Notes: generated from the letters alone by a model not told the origin. A stretch of 64,000 bases of DNA from a virus (IMGVR_UViG_3300014205_000227:2213-66212); one strand, 5' to 3'. Shown: positions 18,618 through 27,548, counted from the stretch's first letter. Translations and numbers: made by a program.

Positions 18618-19097
18618 ATGGCTAACTTCGTCTTCAACATCGCCAAAGGTCGAGCGGTCGAGCTTTACAACCGAGTAAAGAGCAATGATCCTTCCACGTC
18701 GGCTTTTGTCATTGTGCTCTTAGCCGCATCGGGGCTCGAGTCCGATGCTACGTTGATGGACTACGATTCGCTCGCGGCAATTCTAGCGGCGGCAAATGAT
18801 GAGCTTACGAACGTTGGCTACGCTCGGGTGGTTCTGACAGATACAGAGCTTGCGGCTCTTCCCGCTCCCGATGACGCCAACAATCGCTACGACATCGATA
18901 TTCCTGATCCTTCTTGGCCTTCGATTGCGGCTTCACCTGGCGGAAGTGGGAAGCTTCTTGTTTGCTACGATGCAAACACTGGCTCGGGTAGCGACTCCGA
19001 TATTCTGCCAGTGTCGGCTCATGACTTCGTAGTCACTTTCGACGGTAACACGGTCGATGGAAACGTGAACATCGCTGGATTCTTGAGGGCGGCTTAA
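18618..19097 (+). CDS. Small virion structural protein (MANFVFNIAKGR family), copy 2
   Basis: 159 aa; ELTNVGYARVVL resembles EITGTGYTAGGVTL of 15057-15506. Confidence 0.55.
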   Translation: MANFVFNIAKGRAVELYNRVKSNDPSTSAFVIVLLAASGLESDATLMDYDSLAAILAAANDELTNVGYARVVLTDTELAALPAPDDANNRYDIDIPDPSWPSIAASPGGSGKLLVCYDANTGSGSDSDILPVSAHDFVVTFDGNTVDGNVNIAGFLRAA

Positions 19098-19109
19098 AAG
19101 GATAATAAT

Positions 19110-19442
19110 ATGGCTACAGATTACATTCTTATCAACCACGAAAACTTAAAAGGCCAAGCGGTAAAACAACTGGTTTTAGGCGCAGATCAGCTATTAGTTC
19201 AATTAGAGACGTGGGTTCCTACATTTGGCGGAATGATCGACGGTGGATTCCCTGCAAATAACGACGCATCAAAATACAAAATGTTTTCCGATCTTGTGGG
19301 CGTTCAGGGCGAGACGGTAGATAACTACACTAAGTCAAGAATGATTTTCCAGGCTATTCACGGGTTGTACATAGGTTTCAATGTTGAAACTAGAACCGGG
19401 CTATACAACGATATCAGATCACTTGCTAACAAGTTAAGGTAA
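19110..19442 (+). CDS. Hypothetical protein
   Basis: 110 aa; AAGGA RBS; atypical composition. Confidence 0.6.
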   Translation: MATDYILINHENLKGQAVKQLVLGADQLLVQLETWVPTFGGMIDGGFPANNDASKYKMFSDLVGVQGETVDNYTKSRMIFQAIHGLYIGFNVETRTGLYNDIRSLANKLR

Positions 19443-21044
19443 ATGGCCTACGCCTATCAGCTTCCTTTAGAGGTTGTGGCGTCCGCTGTGGGCGGGTCTA
19501 ATTCTACAGACTTCACCCACTGCCTAAAAATCGTAGGCGATAACAACCTTAAAATCGTTGCACTGGGCGGATTAGTCGAGAACCTAGACGGCTCTTTTCG
19601 TCCATGTGATTTAGTTATCGCTACTGATCTTGCGGGAACCTCTCTTATCGGCGGTTGGGAGATCGGTAGTTACGACGGAACGCTTGGAAACTTAACTCTC
19701 TACCTCAAGCGAAGCACTGACAGTATTTCAAACGATCAACTGTATCTGTGCGTTGGAGACGTAGCTGTTACAACGTACCAAGGCGGTTCATTAGGCGATG
19801 CTTGGGACTCTAACTCCGTAGTTGTTTTGCCATTCCGAAATGGCACTACTCTTGACCTAAGTGATTCCTCTGGTAACGGCACTACATTCACAAACGTTAG
19901 TCTAATTGCCTCAGCAGGTGTACATGGTGACGGTGCGGCTCACGGTAATGGGTCGAGTCGGTTAGCCTATGTATCAGGTTTCTCAGGAATTAGTGCCGCA
20001 CCTGTAACTATCGAATGCTACTTCTACTTCGACGACGTTAATTCTAACCGCGTACTATCGACAATTGGTAATCTTAGCAGTTCTCAGCATCGTTGGCAGT
20101 TGGATGTAGACAGTGGCAACGTTCGTTGGATCAATGCCTATAACGCGCTTGCCTATGCCGCCACAAAAGGCGGATTAAGTAATGGTAACTGGTATCACGT
20201 AGCGGGTGTTGAGGTTTCTTCTTCATCTAGGTATGCATACGTTGATGGAGTACCGGGTTCTCAAGAAACTTCTACCAATGCCGCCAATAGCATCAACGCA
20301 CTCGGTATCTTCGCGAATACACACAATGGCATATACGGGAACGGGCAACACATATCTGGTCACATGGATTTCTATCGTGTCTCTAGTGTGGCTAGATCGA
20401 CAGCGTGGTTAGTAGGCACTAGCAACAACCTTCACGCACCAACGGCACAAGAATCAACCTCAAACGCTTGGTGGATTGCTGGAGCGTGGACGCCAATTGC
20501 TACCGGTCAAACAATCGACATTAACCAATCGTCGGAAACCGACACGGCATTGTCGATCACGCCTAGAAAAAGAGTAGCAATCGGAATCGCTTCGGAGACT
20601 GATTCAGCCTTATCGATCTCTCCAAAGAAGAGAATCGCAATCGGAATCGCACAAGAGCTATCAAGCGCGTTCTCGATCATCGCTCGAAAGAAGGTATCGA
20701 TAGGAATCGCGAGCGAAGTCGACACAGCACTCGCGTTCTCTTCTAAGAAAACCGTTCCTATCGGTCTCGCGTCAGAAACTAACTCCGCGCAGATCATCCG
20801 GCCACTCAAGAGGGTGGCGATCGGAATAGCAAATGAGAGCGACTTCGCTCTCGACTTCGAAAGTTTGAAAGCTGGAACCATCGGTCTAGCGGTCGAGACT
20901 GACTCGGCGCTTTCGATCACGCCAAGAAAGCGAGTTTCTATCGGACTCGCTGTCGAGACAGATACAGCGTTTGGGATTGTCTTTGTGGCAGGCTCAAATA
21001 ATCCGTTCTTCTATCAGCGGTATATTCTCGCCAGAAGGCGATGA
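19443..21044 (+). CDS. Fibre protein 2: DUF2341-like N-terminus, LamG/ConA-like lectin domain, eight 20-aa C-terminal repeats
   Basis: TIECYFY...WYHVAGV...YVDGV LamG pattern; IGIASETDSALSITPRKRVA-type repeats. Confidence 0.7.
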   Translation: MAYAYQLPLEVVASAVGGSNSTDFTHCLKIVGDNNLKIVALGGLVENLDGSFRPCDLVIATDLAGTSLIGGWEIGSYDGTLGNLTLYLKRSTDSISNDQLYLCVGDVAVTTYQGGSLGDAWDSNSVVVLPFRNGTTLDLSDSSGNGTTFTNVSLIASAGVHGDGAAHGNGSSRLAYVSGFSGISAAPVTIECYFYFDDVNSNRVLSTIGNLSSSQHRWQLDVDSGNVRWINAYNALAYAATKGGLSNGNWYHVAGVEVSSSSRYAYVDGVPGSQETSTNAANSINALGIFANTHNGIYGNGQHISGHMDFYRVSSVARSTAWLVGTSNNLHAPTAQESTSNAWWIAGAWTPIATGQTIDINQSSETDTALSITPRKRVAIGIASETDSALSISPKKRIAIGIAQELSSAFSIIARKKVSIGIASEVDTALAFSSKKTVPIGLASETNSAQIIRPLKRVAIGIANESDFALDFESLKAGTIGLAVETDSALSITPRKRVSIGLAVETDTAFGIVFVAGSNNPFFYQRYILARRR

Positions 21045-21850
21045 CATTTATAACGGCTGGACAACTCGACCCGACAAAGAGACGGCTCTACTTCCACATC
21101 GTTGGTCCCGATGGTATTTCCCCTGTCGATACCGAGGATGGCGAACAGCCTCAGATCGCTCTCAACTCGACAGACGTGTTCGACGATGCTGGAATCGGAA
21201 CCTTGGTTCTGATCGGAAGCGGTCGATACTACGCTGTTCTCGATCAGGCTACGGTCGCAGACCCGGGCACTCTGATTCAGTCTCGATATAAGTCTGACAA
21301 TACGGCTGAGATTCCCGGTGATTCAGCGCAGATCACAGGCGTCGACCTTGATCTCGTGGGGCAACTCGGCGCGACTCCGGAACAGCTTTGGACCTATTAT
21401 CAGCGAACTCTCACTGAATCAAACTCTCCGGTCTTAGTTCTTGCTGATGACGACGACGGAGAGCCGGTGGGAATGATCAAGCTAGTGAAAAAGGCAAACT
21501 TCACTCGCAAGGTAACGATTCCAAACGTTCCGGCCGGGATTACGGTCGAGAAAGCTTTCTGGAAGATATCGGTCAATCTCGACACTCCAGACGGCGATCC
21601 TGCTCAGTACGTGCTCAAAGAGATCACTGGCTTGGTTACGGCGTCCGGAACTATCGTTCACGATGGATCAGGCGACAATATCGCAGTTCTTCAATTCGAG
21701 CTCGGCGTCGACGATCTCGACGATGCGCCGGTCGATACTCAGCTTTGGTCATCAGTGAAGATCATTCTCTCGAACGGTAAGGTCCATTCGCCAATCAAGG
21801 GATTCGTGCCGGTTCGCATCTGGAACCCTGGAATAGAAGCCATAAGCTGA
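21041..21850 (+). CDS. Fibre adaptor / BppU-like structural protein
   Basis: RRLYFHIVG...QPQI...IGSGRYYAVL N-terminal domain; last gene of late operon. Confidence 0.45.
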   Translation: MTFITAGQLDPTKRRLYFHIVGPDGISPVDTEDGEQPQIALNSTDVFDDAGIGTLVLIGSGRYYAVLDQATVADPGTLIQSRYKSDNTAEIPGDSAQITGVDLDLVGQLGATPEQLWTYYQRTLTESNSPVLVLADDDDGEPVGMIKLVKKANFTRKVTIPNVPAGITVEKAFWKISVNLDTPDGDPAQYVLKEITGLVTASGTIVHDGSGDNIAVLQFELGVDDLDDAPVDTQLWSSVKIILSNGKVHSPIKGFVPVRIWNPGIEAIS

Positions 21851-21870
21851 GATTAGGCTATAATTCGAAT

Positions 21871-21935
21871 CGAGCCAAGCGACGGGCTTCGATGTTCCTC
21901 AAACATTGGCCCCCGATCAAAACGGGGGCATTAAC
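21871..21935 (+). ncRNA. Candidate small RNA with anti-RBS seed
   Basis: TATAAT 21859-21864; hairpin, then GATGTTCCTCAAACA, then GCCCCCG/CGGGGGC hairpin. Confidence 0.35.
21909..21929. terminator. GC-rich hairpin at convergence of late and leftward operons
   Basis: GCCCCCG-atcaaaa-CGGGGGC; weak U-tracts. Confidence 0.5.
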
Positions 21936-21944
21936 TAGATCGAC

Positions 21945-22736
21945 TTAGCTCTTGCCGCCTTGGGCAACTTGAAGATCTGGAACCTGATCTCCCTCAGCTT
22001 CGGCCTGATCCCCTTCGAACGTAACTTCTTTGGGTTGACCGTCCATCGCATCGGCTACGACATCTTGCATCGTATTGATCGGTGTCGCCTTGAAGACTTT
22101 ATCTCCAACCACGAACTTCTCTTTCTGCGATACGACGCCAAGTCCGACGTAATCGGTATCGCCCGATTCTAGTTTCTTCTTGAACTCTCCCTTCCACTCA
22201 TTGAGCGGGACTAGCTCTCGCATGAAAGCCGCATCCTCCAGTTCATCGGCTGAGATCGTAGCGATCACTACGAAGCGTCGACCGGTGCCATCGTCGAGCG
22301 ATACTGGATTGTTGACCGTTGGTCTGGAAGTTTGAAGCTTCTCTGCATGCACGTTCACGCAAATTTGCGTGTAGGTACCGGCTGAGACCTCAATCAGTTC
22401 TGCTTCTGCGCTCAGCTTCTCATAGATAGACCGAACGACTCCAGCTTTGTTTGCGACCACGGTCTGAGCATTCGAAGATGCTCGCGGCTGAGTGGTCGAC
22501 GTATGCCCTAGGTCCATCGCGGCTTGACTAGGGGTCATCGCTTCGTTGTCGAGAGCGATCTGATCTTTTACGTACTCATTCCAAAGAGCGAGCGACGTCT
22601 GAGACAGGGTCTCAGGCTTGATGTTCTCAGGTTGCAAAGATTCGCGCTTGGTATGCCCTTCTCTTTGCATTTGCTGTTTGAATAGGTTGAATGACTTCTG
22701 AGCGTTGTTCGCCAGCTTAGCCAGTTCTATGTGCAT
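21945..22736 (-). CDS. Hypothetical protein
   Basis: 263 aa; GGAGGAACA RBS. Confidence 0.7.
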   Translation of the reverse strand: MHIELAKLANNAQKSFNLFKQQMQREGHTKRESLQPENIKPETLSQTSLALWNEYVKDQIALDNEAMTPSQAAMDLGHTSTTQPRASSNAQTVVANKAGVVRSIYEKLSAEAELIEVSAGTYTQICVNVHAEKLQTSRPTVNNPVSLDDGTGRRFVVIATISADELEDAAFMRELVPLNEWKGEFKKKLESGDTDYVGLGVVSQKEKFVVGDKVFKATPINTMQDVVADAMDGQPKEVTFEGDQAEAEGDQVPDLQVAQGGKS

Positions 22737-22756
22737 GAATGTTCCTCCAATACCGA

Positions 22757-23065
22757 TTAGCTCGGTGATTTAGTAGTTTGATCGAATTGGCGTCTTTCAA
22801 TCGCGTTTGAGCGAATGCTTTTGCCGTGGTGGGTTAAAGTGAAGTGACGGCGCCGGCCAATAACCGGGCGAATCAAATTGAGATTGCAAGCTTTCACGAA
22901 CAGATTCGTGCATGAAGTTAGCATTCGCATCCTCGCCGGATGGAAGGGCTTCTCACACTCGACGAAAGCCCACTCATCTGGAAAGCACTTCTTCGCGATC
23001 GGCATCCAGTTAATGTCGGTACCTTCTGGATCGTCGAGACCTTCCATCAAAAGGAAAGCCATCAA
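22757..23065 (-). CDS. Hypothetical protein
   Basis: 102 aa ORF packed in the leftward operon; start uncertain. Confidence 0.5.
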   Translation of the reverse strand: MMAFLLMEGLDDPEGTDINWMPIAKKCFPDEWAFVECEKPFHPARMRMLTSCTNLFVKACNLNLIRPVIGRRRHFTLTHHGKSIRSNAIERRQFDQTTKSPS

Positions 23066-23073
23066 CTCTTCGT

Positions 23074-23814
23074 CTAAAGCAACGTCTGTTGGCTTGATGG
23101 GGATTTTCCTTGATTGAGGTCTCTGAGCATGCCGATTATTCCGCCAGCCGTGGCGAGCATGTCGCCTTTGGCAGTATGCCTATCTGCTTCCGGGATCTCG
23201 ACGCCATACCACTCAGCGACGGTATCGAGATTCGATTTATAGCGATTGTGAAAGCCTGCGTCTCTGAGAACCCGAAAGAGGTTCGCTGAACATCGCCAAG
23301 CTCTATTGCAAGGCAAAGCCATGTTCGAGCGAGCACAGGCGGCTTTCAGCATCGAAGAGTCTGCTTCTGAGTTATGCGCCCAAGGTGAGACTCGGTAGTG
23401 CTCAGGATCGATAAACTTCGTGGTGAACTTCTGCATTCCCAAGAGAGCTTTCTCTTCGGGAATTCCTTCAATGTGACAAAGCATCCAAACCGCGTCGGCT
23501 TTGTTTGGCGCGTCCTCTTCGTTCGGGAACTGATCAGCGTCCCAGAGATAGAGATAGTCTTCGTCGTATTGCCACTGGATGGTTAAGCCCTCGTCGTGGG
23601 TGATCAGATTGCTTTCTCGACCGTTATCGATCTTAGTCGACCAAATGCCTTTTAAGCTCCAATTCCAGTTTGATCGGTTGTACTCGACCGCCGCCATTGC
23701 AACCTCAGTAAGCGCGATATCTTGCCATCGAACGCAATCTTCGAGCGGCATGATCGAGTCGGCTTCGCTCGGCAAGGTTCCGAACTCCATGTCGATGATT
23801 AGGAACTCAGGCAT
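23074..23814 (-). CDS. DEDDh 3'-5' exonuclease (DnaQ/epsilon-like)
   Basis: IIDMEFGT (ExoI), HNSEADSSML (ExoII) and HTAKGDMLAT (ExoIII). Confidence 0.8.
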   Translation of the reverse strand: MPEFLIIDMEFGTLPSEADSIMPLEDCVRWQDIALTEVAMAAVEYNRSNWNWSLKGIWSTKIDNGRESNLITHDEGLTIQWQYDEDYLYLWDADQFPNEEDAPNKADAVWMLCHIEGIPEEKALLGMQKFTTKFIDPEHYRVSPWAHNSEADSSMLKAACARSNMALPCNRAWRCSANLFRVLRDAGFHNRYKSNLDTVAEWYGVEIPEADRHTAKGDMLATAGGIIGMLRDLNQGKSPSSQQTLL

Positions 23815-24236
23815 TAAGGCTTCTCCATCTTAGGCATTGGTCCAGCTTTCTTTAGGAACGTTCGAAAAGCGTCGACAACTTCGTCATCGTTGGTCGCTTG
23901 GCTCGAAGCTTCAACGAATTCTTGATTGAGAGCTTCGTAGTTTGTAATGCGATAGCAGACCCAACGTCGAGAATGCTCAGAGAACCGCTCAAGTCTCCAT
24001 CCGTTAGCTTCTAGCCAGAGCTTGAATTCGTCGAGCGGTGCTAAGTATTCGTGGCCTGCGTAGCAAAGGGTCGCTTGTTGCCCTTGGAACGCTTTTCTGA
24101 TTACTAGCTCATTGAGTTCGTAAACAGAGCCGACAGGACAGGACATTAGCTCATTGATCAGGTATTCGCGAGCTTGAATCTCTTCGGGGTGAAGTTCGGT
24201 AGTTCTGCGCCTCACAGAGAGAATAGGCTCACTCAT
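23814..24236 (-). CDS. Hypothetical protein
   Basis: Tightly coupled ORF; ATG 24236. Confidence 0.55.
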   Translation of the reverse strand: MSEPILSVRRRTTELHPEEIQAREYLINELMSCPVGSVYELNELVIRKAFQGQQATLCYAGHEYLAPLDEFKLWLEANGWRLERFSEHSRRWVCYRITNYEALNQEFVEASSQATNDDEVVDAFRTFLKKAGPMPKMEKP

Positions 24237-24525
24237 GATGATCATCCCCTGCTTCCGGCTCTTCCGGCATCATCGCGGTTTTCTCCATCTTCCCGTTAGC
24301 AACCATGCTCTCGACAACCTTGGTAGCGTTCTCGACCGAACCTTGAGGCATGTGAACGCATGAGTAATAGTCACAGACCCAAAGTCCACCTATGCAATCG
24401 ATCCGAAACTCATAGTAAGTCTCGCCATCCCAGTAAGCGATCTCGACGGCGTTGTACTTTGCAACCTTTCGCCAGCCGTCATCGAGGAAAGTTTTTTGCC
24501 AGTCATCAGAAGTGATCAAGCTCAT
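24229..24525 (-). CDS. Hypothetical protein
   Basis: ATG 24525 in TAATG overlap with upstream stop; 98 aa. Confidence 0.55.
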   Translation of the reverse strand: MSLITSDDWQKTFLDDGWRKVAKYNAVEIAYWDGETYYEFRIDCIGGLWVCDYYSCVHMPQGSVENATKVVESMVANGKMEKTAMMPEEPEAGDDHHE

Positions 24526-24929
24526 TAGTCGATTCGAACCCCTCGCAGATCGTTTGGCGAATGCCAGATCATTTCTCGATAGTCGAGAATGTTCGTCATC
24601 AAAGCGAAGCATGCGTAATTCTTCCAAGCCGGTTTAGGATCGATTAGCGCAAGGGGAAAGCGCGTGTCTGCGAGCTTAGGCTCTTCGAAGAGGCGGTCGC
24701 AGACCTTGATGTACTCAATCATCAGTTCGAGCATTGAGTACACGTTCCGGCCAAGGCAGGCCGTATAGATCGAGTCCAGTGAAATGACCTCAGCCATTCG
24801 ACCGGAATCGAGAGCGTAAGACTGGATCAGATGGGGGAAGCGATCAGCCGCGAGAGCGAGCAAAGTTTCTACTCTCTCTTCGCTGTTTAGCGACTGCCAC
24901 TTGTGAATGAGCGCAAGATTTACAGACAT
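24525..24929 (-). CDS. Hypothetical protein (first gene of leftward operon)
   Basis: 134 aa; GAGGAACA RBS. Confidence 0.65.
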   Translation of the reverse strand: MSVNLALIHKWQSLNSEERVETLLALAADRFPHLIQSYALDSGRMAEVISLDSIYTACLGRNVYSMLELMIEYIKVCDRLFEEPKLADTRFPLALIDPKPAWKNYACFALMTNILDYREMIWHSPNDLRGVRID

Positions 24930-24951
24930 ATTCGATTGTTCCTCGCTGACT

Positions 24952-24986
24952 ATTCTATCTCATAAATTCAGAAAATACGATAGAAT
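24952..24986. promoter_or_regulatory. Back-to-back divergent promoters (TAGAAT on each strand)
   Basis: ATTCTATC-N19-GATAGAAT inverted repeat between divergent operons. Confidence 0.55.
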
Positions 24987-24996
24987 GCGATTGCTT

Positions 24997-25326
24997 ATGA
25001 AAAACGCGAGACCGATTGATTCAAAGGTCGACCTTGAAAAAGCGAACGCATTCTCGAAGCTGAAAAACATTCCGCTAGACCTAGTGGTGATGTCTGATGT
25101 GGGTTCTGGAAAACGGGGTGCTCTCCCGCCAGATGTTCGAGACAAGTTCGTCTTTCGAGTGTTCGAAGGAAAGAAGCCAAGAGAACTCAGATCAGAGTTC
25201 GGAAAGCATTTTGAATGCGACCGCTCGATCAGCAACTGGCGAAGCTGGGCTTTGCAGGTGATCGAGCAACGACAAGAAACCGATAAGTCGGGGGAGTGGC
25301 ATAAAGCTTATGGTTCTGATCTTTGA
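24997..25326 (+). CDS. Hypothetical protein, possible DNA-binding regulator
   Basis: First rightward gene; basic; ISNWRSWA resembles an HTH recognition helix. Confidence 0.5.
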   Translation: MKNARPIDSKVDLEKANAFSKLKNIPLDLVVMSDVGSGKRGALPPDVRDKFVFRVFEGKKPRELRSEFGKHFECDRSISNWRSWALQVIEQRQETDKSGEWHKAYGSDL

Positions 25327-25627
25327 AAGCCAACATAGCCCCGACCCAGACCGAAACTCGTTTCTGATCAAGACAGATCAAGGCGAGACCATCGGAACGA
25401 TCAACTGCGAATCAGAAGGGTGGGCGGTCATCCGAAGTCATCTGATCTTCGCCAACGAAATGTCGGCGGTGAACTACTCAGTTCGCAAAGGTCGATTCGC
25501 TGAATTCAACGTAGCCGAAGAGGAAATTTACGGCAACTACAAAGGCGATCTGCCAAAGGACTTGGTGATTCTACGTGGTCCGGAGATCGACACTATCAGG
25601 CCAAGCAGGGGGCACGGACAGATATGA
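25310..25627 (+). CDS. Hypothetical protein
   Basis: 105 aa, overlapping neighbours. Confidence 0.55.
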   Translation: MVLIFESQHSPDPDRNSFLIKTDQGETIGTINCESEGWAVIRSHLIFANEMSAVNYSVRKGRFAEFNVAEEEIYGNYKGDLPKDLVILRGPEIDTIRPSRGHGQI

Positions 25628-26514
25628 GAGGTAGGCAATTCACTCAAAGCGGGGTCATGAACGCCTACCGTAGCGGTCGACGTAAGTATGGCCTAAGAAA
25701 AGACGGCTATTACACTTGGAACTCAAAGCGGTACGTCTCAGTGTCGACCGTTCTCGAACTTCTAGCTAAGCCAGCACTCGTAAACTGGGCGGCTTGGTCG
25801 GTGGCGAACTACATCAAAGAACAGTTCTTTCGAAAAGAGCGCGGAGATATTACTGGTGTAGCTCTCGCTCAGATCATTTGTGACGCATCTGGCAACGCTA
25901 AGATTCCTTGGGAGCTTTCAGACTTAGCGAAGGACATCGGCTCAGCGATTCACAAAGTTGTCGAGAAGTTCGGTCTCGACGGCAAAGAGCCAACGTCGAT
26001 TCACCCAGTCATTCGACCGCATGTCGATTCGGCAATGAAGCTGATCAAAGAATCGGGCATGCAGATTCAGATGGTCGAGTGCTCGGTCATCAGTGAAAAG
26101 CACGGATATGGCGGAACGCTCGACGCGATCTCGCTGATTCAGGTCGAAGAAGAGCCGAAGCTGTTCTTGATGGACTGGAAGAAGGGCAAAGACGCTTATC
26201 GAGAGCAAGCTCTTCAACTGGCGGCCTATCGTCATGCCGACTTTATCGCGATCAACTACGACGATGTTGTTCCAGGTTTTGAGGTTCCCAAGACGTGGCG
26301 GAAAACCGCTGATGGTCTTGAGATTCCAATGCCTCAAGTCGACGGTTCTTTGGTCGCGCTTTTGGATCCAAGCGGACCGAGATTAGTCGAGTGGGATACG
26401 ACCGACGAAACCTTCGAAGCCTTTCTTAACTTACTGGCGCTTTGGCGTTGGACCGACACAAAACCTAAAGCCAAGCTCTGGCTCGATGGTAGGGGATTAG
26501 ACACAGGGAAATGA
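25624..26514 (+). CDS. PD-(D/E)XK exonuclease (YqaJ/Cas4-like phage recombination nuclease)
   Basis: SVSTVL, GSAIH, ECSVISEKHGYGGTLDAI, LMDWKKG and LQLAAY. Confidence 0.8.
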   Translation: MRGRQFTQSGVMNAYRSGRRKYGLRKDGYYTWNSKRYVSVSTVLELLAKPALVNWAAWSVANYIKEQFFRKERGDITGVALAQIICDASGNAKIPWELSDLAKDIGSAIHKVVEKFGLDGKEPTSIHPVIRPHVDSAMKLIKESGMQIQMVECSVISEKHGYGGTLDAISLIQVEEEPKLFLMDWKKGKDAYREQALQLAAYRHADFIAINYDDVVPGFEVPKTWRKTADGLEIPMPQVDGSLVALLDPSGPRLVEWDTTDETFEAFLNLLALWRWTDTKPKAKLWLDGRGLDTGK

Positions 26515-27548
26515 GCGAAACAGAAGTAGTAATTCACCAAGAGAATCCGCTTGCAAGGCGCATGCAAGGTCTCAAGCGAATCAAGAACGTTCAGCAACAA
26601 CTAGCCGAAATTGGCCGGATACGAATGGGCTTCAAGGGAGATCGAAACATTCCTCAGAAGCTCAAAGTCTTTCGCCTGACATCAACTGATCGAGACGTGC
26701 TCGAAGCCGCCGCGAACCTTTACGGTGGCGATGTAGCTGAGTGGAACCCGACCGATACGCGAAGAGAGTTCGAGCTTTTCACTAGGGTTGACAGCTTGCC
26801 GATCATGATCAGTCCGATTCCAATTAGCCAGTACATGGAAGATTGGGGCGGTGCTGAGTGTCGTCGACGTTGCGACAGTGAGACCGAAATGATCAGCGGG
26901 AAGCCTTGCATCTGCGAGTCGACCGGAAAGATCATCTGCAAGCCGACGACGCGCTTCTCTTGCATCATGGAAGAACTGCCAGGCTGGGGAGTTTGGCGTC
27001 TGGAGTCTCACGGCTGGACGGTCGCAACCGAGTTCACTCAGACCGCCGACCTTCTTCTTCAATGGGCTTTCAATCAGAACCGACCGATTCGAGCTCGGCT
27101 GACAATGAAAGAGCAACGCCGAAAAAAAGATGGCAAGTGGAATACCTTCATGGTTCCTATGCTGATGACGTATGAGTCGCCGATGCAACTGATCACGCAA
27201 GCGGCTCAAAACACTCAGATCGAACAGCAAGCTCTCGAAGCTCGACCGGGTGCTCAAGTGCTTCCGGCCAACCCTCGAGGCAGGTACTGGGCTTTGCATC
27301 AAGAACTCGGTTACCCGACCCACGACGACGGCGATCGGAAGTTGATCAACTACCGAGTCTGGACTGCGCTTCTCGGTCGACTGATCGGTTCAGGTGGCGA
27401 AATCAAAGAAGAAGAGTGGGCGAAGCTCAGCAACGTTCTTCAAGACGTGCTCGACGATAAGCATCTAGAACCCGAAGAGTGGGAAGCGTTCCGAATGGGC
27501 GATCACTCGACTCAGTTGAATTTTGGAGGCGACAACCGTGGTAGATAG
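26511..27548 (+). CDS. Gp3-like (recombination directionality factor-like) protein, probable annealing/recombination factor
   Basis: GRIRMG...FRLTS, CRRRCD...CIC...CKPTTRF and GVWRLESHGW; next to exonuclease. Confidence 0.7.
   Translation: MSETEVVIHQENPLARRMQGLKRIKNVQQQLAEIGRIRMGFKGDRNIPQKLKVFRLTSTDRDVLEAAANLYGGDVAEWNPTDTRREFELFTRVDSLPIMISPIPISQYMEDWGGAECRRRCDSETEMISGKPCICESTGKIICKPTTRFSCIMEELPGWGVWRLESHGWTVATEFTQTADLLLQWAFNQNRPIRARLTMKEQRRKKDGKWNTFMVPMLMTYESPMQLITQAAQNTQIEQQALEARPGAQVLPANPRGRYWALHQELGYPTHDDGDRKLINYRVWTALLGRLIGSGGEIKEEEWAKLSNVLQDVLDDKHLEPEEWEAFRMGDHSTQLNFGGDNRGR

Noticed and set aside
16494-21044. Diversity-generating retroelement acting on the fibres
   Set aside because: No reverse transcriptase and no template/variable repeat pair differing at adenines seen
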